Source: Octopus vulgaris (taxonomy: Eukaryota). Taken from it: a DNA stretch of 64,000 nucleotides. The stretch's first letter is position 1; each line of letters starts with the position of its first letter. Under the pieces are notes generated by a model. That model did not search any database. It had not been told where the DNA came from and saw only the letters and a list, made by a program, of their open reading frames with translations. Positions 40,208-52,926 of this stretch are shown one piece after another. The position numbers were made by a program, and so were the translations under genes. Location: assembly GCA_951406725.2 (NCBI GenBank), contig OX597819.1, positions 84,630,001 to 84,694,000 on the forward strand, read 5' to 3'.

Positions 40208-42040
40208 TTGAGTCATCCCATAAATAATGAGATTTTTTCAATTACATGAACTAACAGGTCAGAAGGGGATGGGATAAACTTACCTGATTCAACTTGCTAT
40301 AAAATTAGGTAGTAATTTTACTTTGTACTTATTCTCAGTGCAAGTTTTGAAGAGTGCAGTTCGATTTTAACAGTTATTTTTTTCAAAGCTATAATGGAAG
40401 TGACAAAGGAGCATTTTCGGCATATTTTACTTTATGAGTTCAATAAAGGCAATAATGCAACAGAAAGTGTGAAGAATATTAATGCAGTATATGGGGATCG
40501 GACAATAAGCATAAGCCAGTGTTATCAGTGGTTCCAGAAATTCTGAGCCGGAAACTACAGCTTAGAAGATGAACCTCATCCTGAAAGATCTGTAGAGAGC
40601 TCAATGAGGATGTCATGCAAACCCAAGTAGAACAAAATCCCATCGTAACTGTTGAGGAACTAGCAGAGGAGCATGCCATCAGAAAAGTCAGTAAATTGGG
40701 TCAGTGGGTTCTTCACAAACTTTCCAAGTCTAATTATGCACAGAAAATGAATGTATGCTCTTTACTGTCATGTCTCACGAATGAACCTTTTTTGGACTGA
40801 TGACAAGAAATGGAATCTCTATAAAAATGTCAAGCACCAAAGACAGTGGGAAGGCAAAGGAGAAACACCAACACCCCAGGCTAAAGAAGGTCTTCACCCA
40901 TATAAGGTGTTGTTATGTTTGGTGAGATATGAAAGGTTTAGTCCACTTTGAACTTTTAAACCCAAACCAACTGATAACAAAGGAGATCTACTGCGAGCAG
41001 CTTGAGTGGCTTAAGTCAGCACTAGAAGAAAAACAACCATCTTTGGTTTCAAGATGAAAAGTGTTCTACCATCAGGATAATGCCCAGCCACATACAGCAA
41101 GGATGATATTCCAAAGGCTGGAGCAGTTTGAATGAGAAACAATGCCCCACCTGCCATATTCACCAGACATTGCCCCATCTGATTATCATTTATTCTGCAG
41201 TCTTCAAAATCATTTGGACAGAAAAAATATGAATTCTGTAGATGAGGTCAGAACAATACTAGAGGAGTATTTTTCCTCACAGACAAGTGAAGAGGTGCCT
41301 TGCAAGTCTACCAGATAGATGGAAGAGCATTGTAGAAAATAAAGGAAAGTATATTTTAGATTAAAAAAGTATTTTGAAAAACAAAAGCACGACCTTCGAA
41401 CTCTAGGTCTCACCAAGGAAATGACCAGAGACCGAGACCTATGGAAGTATGCTGTGCGTGAGAAGACCCGGCAAGACCAGTGAGAACAATCAAAATCAAA
41501 TCATATATCAGAAAGCAGGGGTTAAGTGACCCATCTGTTCGTGTCCGCTGTCAGCCTCGTCTGGCACCCGTGCCGGTAATACGTAAAAGCACCATTCGCT
41601 CATGGCCGTTTGCCAGCTCTGCCTGGCCCCGTGTCGGTGGCACGTAAAAGCACCATCCGTTCGTGTTCGTTTCCAGCCTCGCCTGGCCCCGTGCCGGTGA
41701 CACGTAAAAGCACCGTCCGTTCGTGGCCGTTTGCCAGCTCTGTCTGGCCCCGTGTCGGTGGCACGTAAAAGCACCATCCGTCTGTGTCCGTTGCCAGCCT
41801 CGGCTGGCCCCCGTGCCGGTGACACGTAAAAGCACCGTCCGCTCGGTGGTTGGCGTTAGGAAGGGCATCCAGCCGTAGAAACACTGCCAGATCTGACTGG
41901 GCCTGACGAAGCCTTCCAGCTTCACAGACCCCAGTTGACCCGTCCAACCCATGCTAGCATGGAAAACGGACGCTAAACGATGATGATGATGATGATGATG
42001 AAAAGTACTATAAAGCCACATTATTTATAGGATGCCCCAA
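40208..42040 (+). mobile_element. Mariner element (transposase pseudogene 40394-41364) with a SINE-like insertion at ~41390-42000
   Basis: TIRs TTG.G.CATCC.ATAAATAATG with TA flanks; MEVTKEHFRHILLYEFNKG, WVLHKLS, HQDNA.PH, YSPDIAPSDYHLF; many stops and frameshifts. Confidence 0.92.
41530..41845. repeat. Minisatellite, ~58-bp unit, about 5 copies, inside repeat family C
   Basis: Recurring cacgtaaaagcacc.tccgttcgtg...ctggccccgtg.cggtg. Confidence 0.9.
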
Positions 42041-45000
42041 TATATAAGTACATAGTTATTTTAATAAATTACTGCTTAAATCATGCTGAACATTTATAAA
42101 AAGAATGAAATAGTGCTGTACACAATTACCCCCAACAAGATATTGTAATAACTTATTAATAGACTTTTTAAAAAATTCTGTGATGTCTATGTATCTTCTT
42201 CATATTCTTTAATTTAAAATTTAAAATTCTAATCCCACCTAGTTTTAAGGGAATGGTTATCTCGCTTGTGTTAATGGCCATAAACAGAGGGTGCTGAATC
42301 TATGCCATGAAAGTATCAAAGAAAAGGCATTTCAGTATTTGGTCCATCTCTTTGCACTCTGAGTTCAAGTCAACCAAAGTCAACTTTGTATTCTATTTTA
42401 CAAGGTTGATAAATAAAGTACTTGCTTGGTACTTAGTACTGGTATGACCTCACCCCCATCTTTCTCTTTCCTGCTAACTGTCACATCCTGGTTGATTTGT
42501 TAGGTCAAGAGTGGAAGGCTCAAAAGGCTGTATGTTGCTGCTCATCACTGTATGGCTTGCCTAAAACAATTAGTGAAAGCATGATATATGCTACCCAGTC
42601 ATCCTCTTTTGATGACTGTAACATCAATAAAAATGCATCAGTATTATACTTAGGTTGATTCAACCAAGTATTCTTCCTCATTCTCATTATCAAAATGTGT
42701 TTTTCTTCTTTCAAGTTGACATCAATTAGATGAGCCTGTCATTCATTTTGATCTTTCATAATCCACATACATCAATTCTGTACCAACTCAAAAATAATCC
42801 TCTTATAAGAAAAGCAAAATGAGCACCATAGTATAATTAGATACAAACACATATGCACAGAGTATAAAATTCTACTGAATAAAAGAAATGGCTTTAAATT
42901 TTGCCCAAGGCCAGTAATTTCAGGAGGAGGGCTTAGTGGCTAGAATGTTGAGCTCAGAATTATGAGTTAGTGAGTTCAATTCCCAAACCAAGTTCTGTGT
43001 TCTGTTCTTGAACAAGACACTTTATTTCACATTGCTCCAGTTCACTCAGCTATAGAAATGAGTTGCAATGTCACTGGTGGCAAGCTGTATCACACTTTGC
43101 TTTTCTCTTGGATAATATTGTTGGCATGGAGAGGGAAGGCTGGGATGCATGGGTAACTGCTGGCCTTCCATAAACAATCTTGGATTTGTGCCTCGGAAGG
43201 TAACTTTCTAGGAGCTATCTCATGGTCATTGATGACCAAAGTGGGGCTTTACCAAAGTCAATCACATCAACCCTAGTACTCAATTGGCATTTATATTATT
43301 AACCCTCAAATGATGAAAAGCTAAGTAAATCTTGGCAGAATTTGGACTCAGAACATGAAGACAAATGAGAATAAGAGAAATAATACTAATAATAACAGTA
43401 TTTTCTGAAATACATTTTATTTAGTATTTTATATGTATACTAAAACAGTTTATACATGTACCTATAAAACATTTTCAACCCCTTCACATTTTCACTGGCA
43501 TTATTGCATACCCCAAACATGTCAAAGTAACATGAATGCAAATGAAAATATAAAAAAATCTTTTTTTTTCTTGTTTTAGTCCCTGGATTGCAGTCATCAT
43601 GCTGGGGCATTGCCCTAGAAGAGTTTAGTCAGTACCTATTTTAAGTCTGCATTTATTCCCTTGGCCTCTTAACAGACTACTAAACTATCAGGACAGAGAT
43701 AAACACAAACTCAATACACAAACACGCACACACATAATGAACTTTTGCACAGTTTCTGTCTAAGAAGCTCCCTTACAAAAATTTGGATGGCTCAGAGCTA
43801 CAGTAAAAGAAACTTGTCAAAGGTGCCAAGCCATGTGGTTGTGAAGTGAACTTCTTAACACACAGCTATGACTAAGTTCTGTTGTGCCCTTTCCAATATA
43901 TATATTTCAAAGGACATGACAGAACCTCAGGGACAGATTTATCACCTACTGCAATCAGTAAAGTCTCCAATTGGTTCTTCAAGGCCCTAACCACTGAAGA
44001 TCAAGTCTGAGCAGAATTGGCTCTGTGTGATGGCTCCAATAACTTGAAATCCCACTTTGCATACTTAGTCTGATTAACAGCCTACTGAATTTTTTTTTTC
44101 TTCTAATGGCCTTCTAATAGTCTTTTTTCTTCTAATTGTAAAAGGAATGGTCCAGCATTTTATTTTAATTCAAAAAATAAGATAGCTTGATATGTTATTA
44201 CTCATTCTTGCCATGTATATTTAAGATTGTATTATCAACCACATGGTTTCAGGTTTGGTCCCATGGTGTGATATTTTGTGCAAGTATTTCTACTACAGCC
44301 TCAGGTTAATAAATGCATTGTCAGTGAAATTTAATACAAAAAACTGTATGGAAGTCTGTGTTATGTGTGTATGTATGTATGTGTGAGTGTATATATAGGT
44401 CTGGTGATGCAAACAAGAAAATTGTTAGCTGACTAACAACACCTTTTCTCCAAAGATTTCCTGAAGGGATCCTAATCCTGGAATATTAAAATAACAAGTA
44501 AAAGTACAAACCATCATCTTGCATTATTAATATTAATTTTAATAACTTGTATTGAAAAACAGTTAAGGGTTAGTAACAGGAAGAGAATCAGGTTTTAAAA
44601 CAATGCCTCAGTAATATATATTTATATAACCCATTCCAGTATGAAAAGATGGATGTAAAAACAAATGAAGAAATATATTTGGTGTGTGATTAAGATAGGA
44701 TGCCTTCAAATCATATAGTTTAGGATTAATTTCTACTGCACAGACAGTTGGTTGATGTCTTCTAATATAGTTACAGGTGGATTGATGCCTTTTGAGTGAA
44801 ATTTGGTAGATGGAAACTGGAAGAAACCTGTTGTATATGTGTCTGTAGTATGCGTGTGTGTGTGTATGCATGCTAATTGTAAATCCCCAAAATCACAATC
44901 ATACAAATAGTGTCCTTTGTTTGCATCCCTCTGCAATAACATGTCCTTCTATTGAGCTATTTATGTTCAAAAGACTAGTGGGGAAGATAATCTTATCTGG

Positions 45001-45494
45001 ATGTAGAAAAAACCCCTGCTTAAACAAGCTTCATCTAACGTATGCAAATATGAAACAATGGCCATTAAAATGATGGTGTTGGTGTTGGTGGTATAAAGAT
45101 GATGATGCTATCAGCTCCTACATCAAAATTTTGCCCTATCTTTCCTTCCTTGAACATTGATCCTCTAGAATTCACTACCTTCTCGTTTTTCCTATAGATG
45201 TCAGTTTGCAACTATTTCAGATATTAACAACAACAATAACAACAATCTCAAAAGTTTTGGAAGGTCTGCCATGGCTATAGGTACAGATCCTTCCTTTAGA
45301 CCCACACCATTAAAGAGAATAAAAAATTTTAAAAACGGTACAATAAATTGTTTCTGGTATTTTTACTGTATTATTTTATCAACTATAAGATACTCAGACA
45401 AACATGTAGCACTGGCAGTATAGACCATTCTAGTAAACATGTGTCCCACCTTCATTCAATGTTTCCCATGACACTTACACGTTTATTGTGTTAA

Positions 45495-45713
45495 CCCTTT
45501 AGCATTTAAACTGATTGTATCCTGCCAAAATAACCTACCTGTTTTATGTTCAAACTAGTCAGATCCAGCCTCTCACATCTACCTTACAAAGTTATTCTAA
45601 AAAAAAACATCACATCATCAGAATTTCAAAGCTACAAGATAACCCCTGATTAATTCAAAACAATGTGATTAAATAAGTATTTCATTTGACAGAGTAATCT
45701 GAATGTTAAAGGG
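45495..45713. mobile_element. TTAA-flanked MITE, second family (related copy at ~51643-51860)
   Basis: TTAA|CCCTTTAGCATT ... AATGTTAAAGGG|TCAA; body similar to 51643-51860. Confidence 0.75.
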
Positions 45714-45989
45714 TCAAGGTTTTGTTTTTTGTCTTCAGTTATTGAAAAAAATTGTTTCATTAAAAAGATGGCTCATGACCAAGAGATCACAGTTGGTAAA
45801 AATTCCATGTGGTACCTTGGTTAGGACCATCTGCTACAACAATTGAATGATGGTGATTTATAAAAATAAAATTTATAAGGTGATGTAGGTGTTTTTCAGT
45901 AATAAACTTCAAAAATAGATTTCATACAATTTACATATCTATACAGTTCTATATTTAAGAGATGAGGAATTATGATTATTATTAATATT

Positions 45990-46390
45990 ATTTACATTCA
46001 ACAGATATTTGTCCTCATCTTGTTTGTTGTTAACATAACGTTTCAGCTGATATACCCTCCAGCCTTCTTCTGGTGTCTTGGGGAAATTTCGAACCTGGGT
46101 TCTCATTCCTAAGGTATTTTGTTGTTGTTGTTGTTGTTCAGGTCACTGCTTGGAATCAAACTCGGAATCTTGGGGTTAAGTGGTTAAGAGAATGGGCTAC
46201 TAACCCCAAGATTCCGAGTTTGATTCCAAGCAGTGACCTGAACAACAACAACAACAACAAAATACCTTAGGAATGAGAACCCAGGTTCGAAATTTCCCCA
46301 AGACACCAGAAGAAGGCTGGAGGGTATATCAGCCGAAACATTGTGCTAACAACAAACAAGATGAAGATAAATATCCGTTGAATGTAAATA
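45990..46390. repeat. Fold-back inverted repeat, ~190-bp arms, 22-nt loop, downstream of the MyD88 stop
   Basis: 45990-46178 pairs with 46201-46390; a single-arm copy of the family lies at ~19880-20050. Confidence 0.95.
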
Positions 46391-46426
46391 AAGTAAATAA
46401 TGTACATGTTTATATTTCTTAGATGG

Positions 46427-46432
46427 TTTATT
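46427..46432 (-). promoter_or_regulatory. Candidate polyadenylation signal (AATAAA) for MyD88
   Basis: tttatt on the + strand about 140 nt downstream of the MyD88 stop codon; could be chance in AT-rich DNA. Confidence 0.35.
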
Positions 46433-46570
46433 ACAGTTGAAACTCTTAAATTTTTAACCTATTATATATCTACATGAGTAAACCACTGATGACAATCAGA
46501 GATTTAATGAATTAAAAAAGAGTATTTTTTAAAAAATAAAAAAAAACAGGGAATATTCCACATAGAGTCT

Positions 46571-46830
46571 TCAGGATGTTGATTCATTTTTACTGTGAAC
46601 GGAAAGAGATCGACATAATGGTAGCTTGAGAGTCAGCTCATTCAGTTCACTGTCATTAGAACTGTAATCAGAAAAGTCAAAAGGTGCTTTGATAGCAGAA
46701 GCCAGTCGTTTCCAAGCCCATTCATGCATATCTCCCTTGGTGAAATCACATGGAGTAATTTGGTGTAAAATCTTTGGATACTTAGTACAGTATTCAATGA
46801 TGAGTGGGATGAGCTTCTTTTGGCGAGAAC
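46571..46830 (-). CDS. MyD88: MyD88 last coding exon: SRQKKLIPLIIEYCTKYPKILHQITPCDFTKGDMHEWAWKRLASAIK plus C-terminal extension and stop
   Basis: 3' part of ORF 46571..46906. Aligns with human HQKRLIPIKY...ILRFITVCDYT...WFWTRLAKAL. Acceptor atttgtttag|GT; TGA at 46571-46573. Confidence 0.95.
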
Positions 46831-47009
46831 CTAAACAAATACAAAGTAAAATAATTAGTAATGTTAATATAACTTGTATGGCAAAGATTTTGACAACATG
46901 TAGCAATACAAAATGGGGGCATTACAGATGCTTTCTCCTAATTCAAGATTCGGTGTACCTACACCCCCCCATCCCCCATATATATATATATATATACACA
47001 CACATATAT

Positions 47010-47228
47010 ACGAAGGACTACTGAAAAGTTCCTGGTTTTGGGTAAAAGAAAATACAGTAGGATCAGTTAATTATGATTTTATTCAACATATTACCCTCTC
47101 AGATTCACACATTTACTGTTGCGGCCCTTCAGTTTTTCTAAGCCCTATAAAAGGACTTGGAAGGTTGGGCCCCTTACCAGGCCTTTTGCAATACCCTTAA
47201 AACCAGGAACTTTCCAGCACCCACTCAT
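47010..47228. mobile_element. Mariner-derived MITE in the last MyD88 intron
   Basis: TIRs ..CTGAAAAGTTCCTGGTTTT / AAAACCAGGAACTTTCCAG.. with TA flanks. Confidence 0.7.
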
Positions 47229-48495
47229 AATTATATAATCATTTTCATTTTATATAACCATCATCACTTCAGATCCATTTCTTTTCATGGTATGGATTAG
47301 ATGGGTCTCACAGTATCTCACTGCATGTCCTTTACCATCAAGTACATAGAGTAGTAGAGATTAATCCATAGTCTTAGTTGATGTCATTTTTATCTGTTAA
47401 ACATGGTCTCAATGGCTGGTTGGCCTTCCTACACTCTATCACTTAAACTCGTTAGCATTTAAACTAGTCATATCCAACCCAAATATTATGCCAGTTTTAT
47501 GTTCAAGCCAGTCATACACACACACATACAATGAGCTTCTTTCAATTTCTGTATACCAAATTCATTTATGCTTTGATCAACCCAGTGTTATAAAAGAAAA
47601 CATTTGCCCAAGGTGCTATGCAATGGGACTGAAACCTGGAATTATGTCATTGGGAAGCAAACTTTTTGCCACAAGGCCATGTCCACTTTTCATGCTGGCA
47701 TGGGAGGGACAATTCAACAGGATTCAATGGCTCAGTTACCATGTTTTCCTCTAACATTTCATTTTTGGCATGGTTTCCATGGATGGATGTCTTTCCTAAT
47801 ACCTACTACTTTACAGAGTATACTGGGTGTTTTTTTGTGGCACCAGTACTACAAAGGTTGCCATGTCATCAGAAAGACTAAAGAGCACTCTCGTTCAGCA
47901 TTATTACTGATTGGATTGATTAGTAAATATTTACTGTGTACTGGGTATTTTTGTAAGCACCAGCTGTTGGAGTTGGAGTTGCTTTGCAGCTTGCAGAACA
48001 AAAGAAAATATTCCATGATGGAAAGGAACAGATTTATTGTGAGAAGGTGGTAATGGAAAGAAGGCTTGTTTCCTTTCTTAAGACACTATAGTGTCATTTG
48101 AGGAAGATTTTTCTGCTTTTTTATCAAGCACAGAGCGGGTCCTTCATTAGCTTTTTTCACTTGTATTCAGCTCAATGAGAAGGCCTCTACCGAGTTACTA
48201 AACAAGAAATAGCAGGCAAAATTCCCTCAAATCACACCAAACCATCTAAAATGAAGATATATATGTTGAACAATCCATATTCGATAAGCAAAATGATACA
48301 ATGGTCAAGGCTGGAATGCCTTTCATCATATGTCAGTTAATCTGGGTTATCCAGGGCTAAACAACAACTCTAGTATGGTAGTTTGTTTTACCTAAATTCA
48401 GATTCCCTATGTTGTTCTTTCATCTATTTCTTAACAGCTTTTTATTATTCATATTCCCTCTAACATTTCTGTAGAATTCCTAAATGAATAAGTTA

Positions 48496-48630
<135 letters not shown>

Positions 48631-49802
48631 TTAAAACAATCACAGTTTATTTTAGCTACATTGATAAGTTTTGTAGGTTTGTTTGTTTTTATGTACTTAT
48701 ACATTTATGGATGTATGTATGTCAGTATGTATGAATATATTTATGTATGCGTGTGGATATCATCATTTAAAGTACTACTTTACCATGCCTGCATGGGGCA
48801 GATGAATTTTGTTGAGATTTTCTATGGTCAGATGTTCTTCTTGACACCGACTCTTACTTGCTTCAAAGTAGGGTAATATTTCCCTCTTCGCCAGCCATGT
48901 TTTCAAAGAAGACTAGAAATGAATGACATCACTTGTATGACAGTGACACTTGCAACCATTATGCAATGTTAAAACACACACACATGTACATATGAACAAC
49001 AGGCTTCTCTAAGCTTTTGTCTAGCAAATCATGGCTTTTGTCGGTCACTGCTATGTAACAGAAGACACTTGCCCAATGTGACATGCAGTAGGTCTGAACC
49101 TGAGACCATTTGGTTGGGAAGTGAACTCCTTAGCCACATAGCTATGCTTGCACTTATACATGTGTGTATGTGTGTGTGTGTGTGTATTTAAATCACAATA
49201 TATAGAATCAAGTAAACTGGTAGTACTCATAAAAAAGCTCCTTAATGTATCATGCTACAAAACATATAGAATATGTAGTACGATACAAGAGAAAATGATA
49301 AGGAACATATAAAGTTATAAATGACAGAGAAATAATTTGATGAAAATTTATTTAACAATAAGAAAAATTCAGATATTATGACAAATTGTTTCTTAACTTA
49401 AAGCATGTAAAGATAATGTATATTATTATATTTAATAATATATTATTTACTTATATGTAATTAATTAATAATAAATTAATTACTTATATGTCTGCATTAA
49501 TGCAAAATGCAAAAAATCTTTTAAACACTGCAGAAATTAAGCTACGTCCTCAGGTGAAAGAAAGTCTTTGTTAAAATTGTTGAGAAAAACTGAATGACCT
49601 AAAAAGTTAATGCTACTTTCATCGTCATGACACTGACGAAAGCAGCATTAACTTTTTACGTTGTTCAAATTTTCTCAACTAATAAATGGACTGATTGAGT
49701 AAACCTATCAATAATAAACCTATAAGTACTGGAAACAGCTGTAAGTCAAATTTACTGCAGTAAAAAAAATATGTAATGACCGTTATTTATACTTTGTCTT
49801 AT

Positions 49803-49849
<47 letters not shown>

Positions 49850-50106
49850 TATATATATATATTACATAAGTCTTAAATTAACTCTAGCTTGGTTTGTTGC
49901 ATTGTCTTTTTTACAGCAACGACAAACCAGATGTGTCTATTCATCTTCAACAATAGAGAGCAGTCACTATATTTCATTCCATAACTGCCATCTCTGAAGA
50001 GCACAGGGTTGCATAATCAGGCTGTTACCTAACACTCTGTTGAACCCCTAGCATGAAACCGATTGGTAAGATCAGCCGTAATGGATATATTATACTGTAC
50101 ACTACA

Positions 50107-50137
<31 letters not shown>

Positions 50138-50675
50138 CATACATACACACATATATATATACATGCTTGTGTGGTTAAGAAATTCATTTTACAACCACAT
50201 GCTTTCAGGTTCAGTCTCATTGCATGGCACCTTGGGCAAGTGTCTTCTACTATAGACCCATGCCAACCAAAACCTTGGGAGTCAATTTCCTAGACAAAAA
50301 CTGAAAGCCTGATTCACACGCATATACACATGTATATATGTATATGTACATATGTATGTATCTGTGTCAGTGTATATATTTTTGTGTCTCCTTGTTTTGA
50401 CACTGCATGATTGTTGAAGATGAATGGCCATTCCTTTCCAATATTCTGCAAAAATATGCCAGGCCATGAGGAAATATTACCTTGCTTGAAAACAGGTGAG
50501 AATTGATGACAAGAAGGGCATCTAGCTGTAGAAAATCTACCTCAATAACTCCATCCAACCCATGCAAGGATGAAAAAAGTGGATGTTAAAACAACAACAG
50601 AGATGATGATGATATGTAAAAGGGGGGAAAAAAAGCAGTCAAAAAATTGCAAAAGCTTTAATGTTTATTATTTAC

Positions 50676-50862
50676 CTATCTTCAATTAATTTGGCATTGA
50701 TGGTATGTTTCGAAGAACCTGGTATAACATCACGATCAACAATACACAGTTTTAAATTATGTGGAGGAGATTCTAATTTGGTAATCATTTGCTGGACAAA
50801 CCATAAGTCATTTTTAGCATAACAAACAAAGGCATCATAATATGTTGTGGTACCGGAAATAA
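50676..50862 (-). CDS. MyD88: MyD88 TIR domain, first exon: VISGTTTYYDAFVCYAKNDLWFVQQMITKLESPPHNLKLCIVDRDVIPGSSKHTINAKLIEDR
   Basis: Translated by hand. Box 1 (YDAFVCY) and box 2/BB-loop (LCIVDRDVIPG) align with human FDAFICY...LCVSDRDVLPG...LIEKR. Acceptor atttcag|, donor AG|gtaaat; 187 nt. Confidence 0.96.
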
Positions 50863-51096
50863 CTGAAATTTAAAAAAATTTTTATTTAATAGTAAGATAA
50901 TAATGATTTCAAATTTTGACACAAGGCGAGCAATTTTAGTGGAGCAGAGTTCAACTGGTACTTAATTTATCAACCCCAAAAAGATGAAAGGCAAAGTCAA
51001 TCTTGGCAGAATTTGAATGCAGAACATGAAGACAGACAAAATGCTGCTAAGCATATCACCCAGCGAGCTAACAAATCTACCAGCTCATGGCCTTAA

Positions 51097-51316
51097 CCCT
51101 TTCGTTACCAACTTGGCTGAAACCGGCTCTGGTTCTGAGTACAAATGTTTTGTTTTCATAAGTTTTAAATTAAAATCTTCCACCAAACCTTAGTCACAAT
51201 TTATGTTCCTAATACTAGCTGAATGATAACTAAGTTATTTTTCTAAATTCTTTGTTATATTTAAAGTATTTGAAAGAAACACAGATCATCTCAAAATAAA
51301 TACAGCAACGAAAGGG
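51097..51316. mobile_element. piggyBac-type (TTAA) MITE
   Basis: TTAA|CCCTTTCGTT ... AACGAAAGGG|TTAA. Confidence 0.85.
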
Positions 51317-52857
51317 TTAATAGTAAGACAATAATGATTTCAAATTTTGGTAAAAAGCCAGTAATTGGAGGTGAGGTTTAAGTTGATTACATCAACCCCA
51401 GTACTTAACAGGTACTTATTTTATTGACCCAGAAAGAAATGAAATGCAAGTTGACCTGGGTGGAATTTGACTGCAGAATGTAAAGACAGATGAAATTTCA
51501 CCCAGTGTACTAATGATTCTGCCAGCTCACCACCCTAAATAGTAAGATAATAATAAGCACTGATTAACGATGAACATTTTAACACTAACAAAACACTTAA
51601 ATACAAACTAACAGTATATTCTTTTGTTATAAAGCACCTTAACCCTTTAGCATTTCAATCAGCCATATCCAGCCCAATTATTCTACCTGTTTTATGTTCA
51701 AACTGGCAAAATCAGTCTGCTCCCACCTACCCTACAGTCATTCTAAAAATAAACACCCACATTATGGAAAACTCAAAGCTACAAAATAATGCATGATTAA
51801 TTCAAAAAAGTGTGAATAAATAAACATTACATCTGACAGAATAAGCTAAATGCTAGAGTTAGCCAATCAGCTAAATAAAGTTACTTAGTTTTCACTTGTT
51901 AAATGCAAAGAGTAAAGTTAAGTAGAAAAGAATTTAAGGAAATTAAAATCATTGGTTAATGAATAATAATGTTTTTATTTTTTATTTTTCCAACAAGTAA
52001 AGTAAACAGCTCAACGTATGTTTCTGCTTTATATGAACTCATCAGTGATGCTTTCATCACAAATGCTGGAGTAGAAAAATAAAATTGTTTAGAAATTAAA
52101 TATTTCAGAAATACCAACCACATGAAAATCAATAGCTTTGATATTCAAAGTCTAACTGTAGAAGATGTCCAACTAGAACAGAACAACATTTTAAAATAGA
52201 TTTACTATCTGTTCACACTGTAAAGTGGTTGGCATTTGGAATGGAATCCAGTTGTAAAAACCATGCCAAAGCTGACTTTGCTTGTGCTGGTGCCACACAA
52301 AAAGCACTCAGTCCATACTAGAGGGTGGCTGGAAGGACATCCAGCTGTAAAAACCATGGCAAAACAGACACAAAAGTCTGGTGCAGTCTTCTGCTTGGTC
52401 AGCTCCTGTCAAACCATCAAACCCATGCCAGCATGGAAGGCAGATGTTAAACGATGATAATAATAATGATGATGATAATGTTCACAATTTGGAGATTTGA
52501 AGCAATTAATAAAAGACAGGTTGAGGTAATAGTGGTCCATTGGATGTAGTATTGGATTGATAGTCCATGTCAATTCAAGCACTCCACAGGTATTTCACTA
52601 TGTCTTGGTAGGGCACTTTTTCTTTTCTATTACCCCAGTTTACCTCATAGATGTGAATAGTCACCAGAGTTTCTGTGAATCTTATCTGCAATAAACTGAT
52701 ATCCTAACCAGAGAATTAAAAAAATTTTCTAAGCATTATTTCAGTGACTCATGAACTAACAGATTATTCATAAATTAAGAATCCTGTATTTCATTTCTTC
52801 TGATATCAGAACTCTATGTTTTTTTGTTTTTTTTAATGACCAAGAAAATTGACTTAC

Positions 52858-52926
52858 CATCATCTGTAGTTATGACATCAGTTTCTTTAACACTCATATC
52901 ATCAGCTTTTATCTTACTTTGAGACA
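52858..52926 (-). CDS. MyD88: MyD88 coding exon (intermediate domain): VSQSKIKADDMSVKETDVITTDD
   Basis: Acceptor ttatctctgcag|TG, donor GATG|gtaagt. 69 nt, phase 1-1. ITTDD matches the ITTLDD motif that precedes the human MyD88 TIR domain. Confidence 0.88.

Noticed and set aside
41508-42021. Regularly spaced ~58-bp repeats as a possible CRISPR array
   Set aside because: Whole units repeat with no unique spacers, there are no cas genes, and the context is eukaryotic; it is a minisatellite.
46831-46906. Hydrophobic N-terminal part of ORF 46571..46906 as a signal or TM segment
   Set aside because: Intronic sequence upstream of the acceptor at 46831-46832; the true exon starts at 46830.
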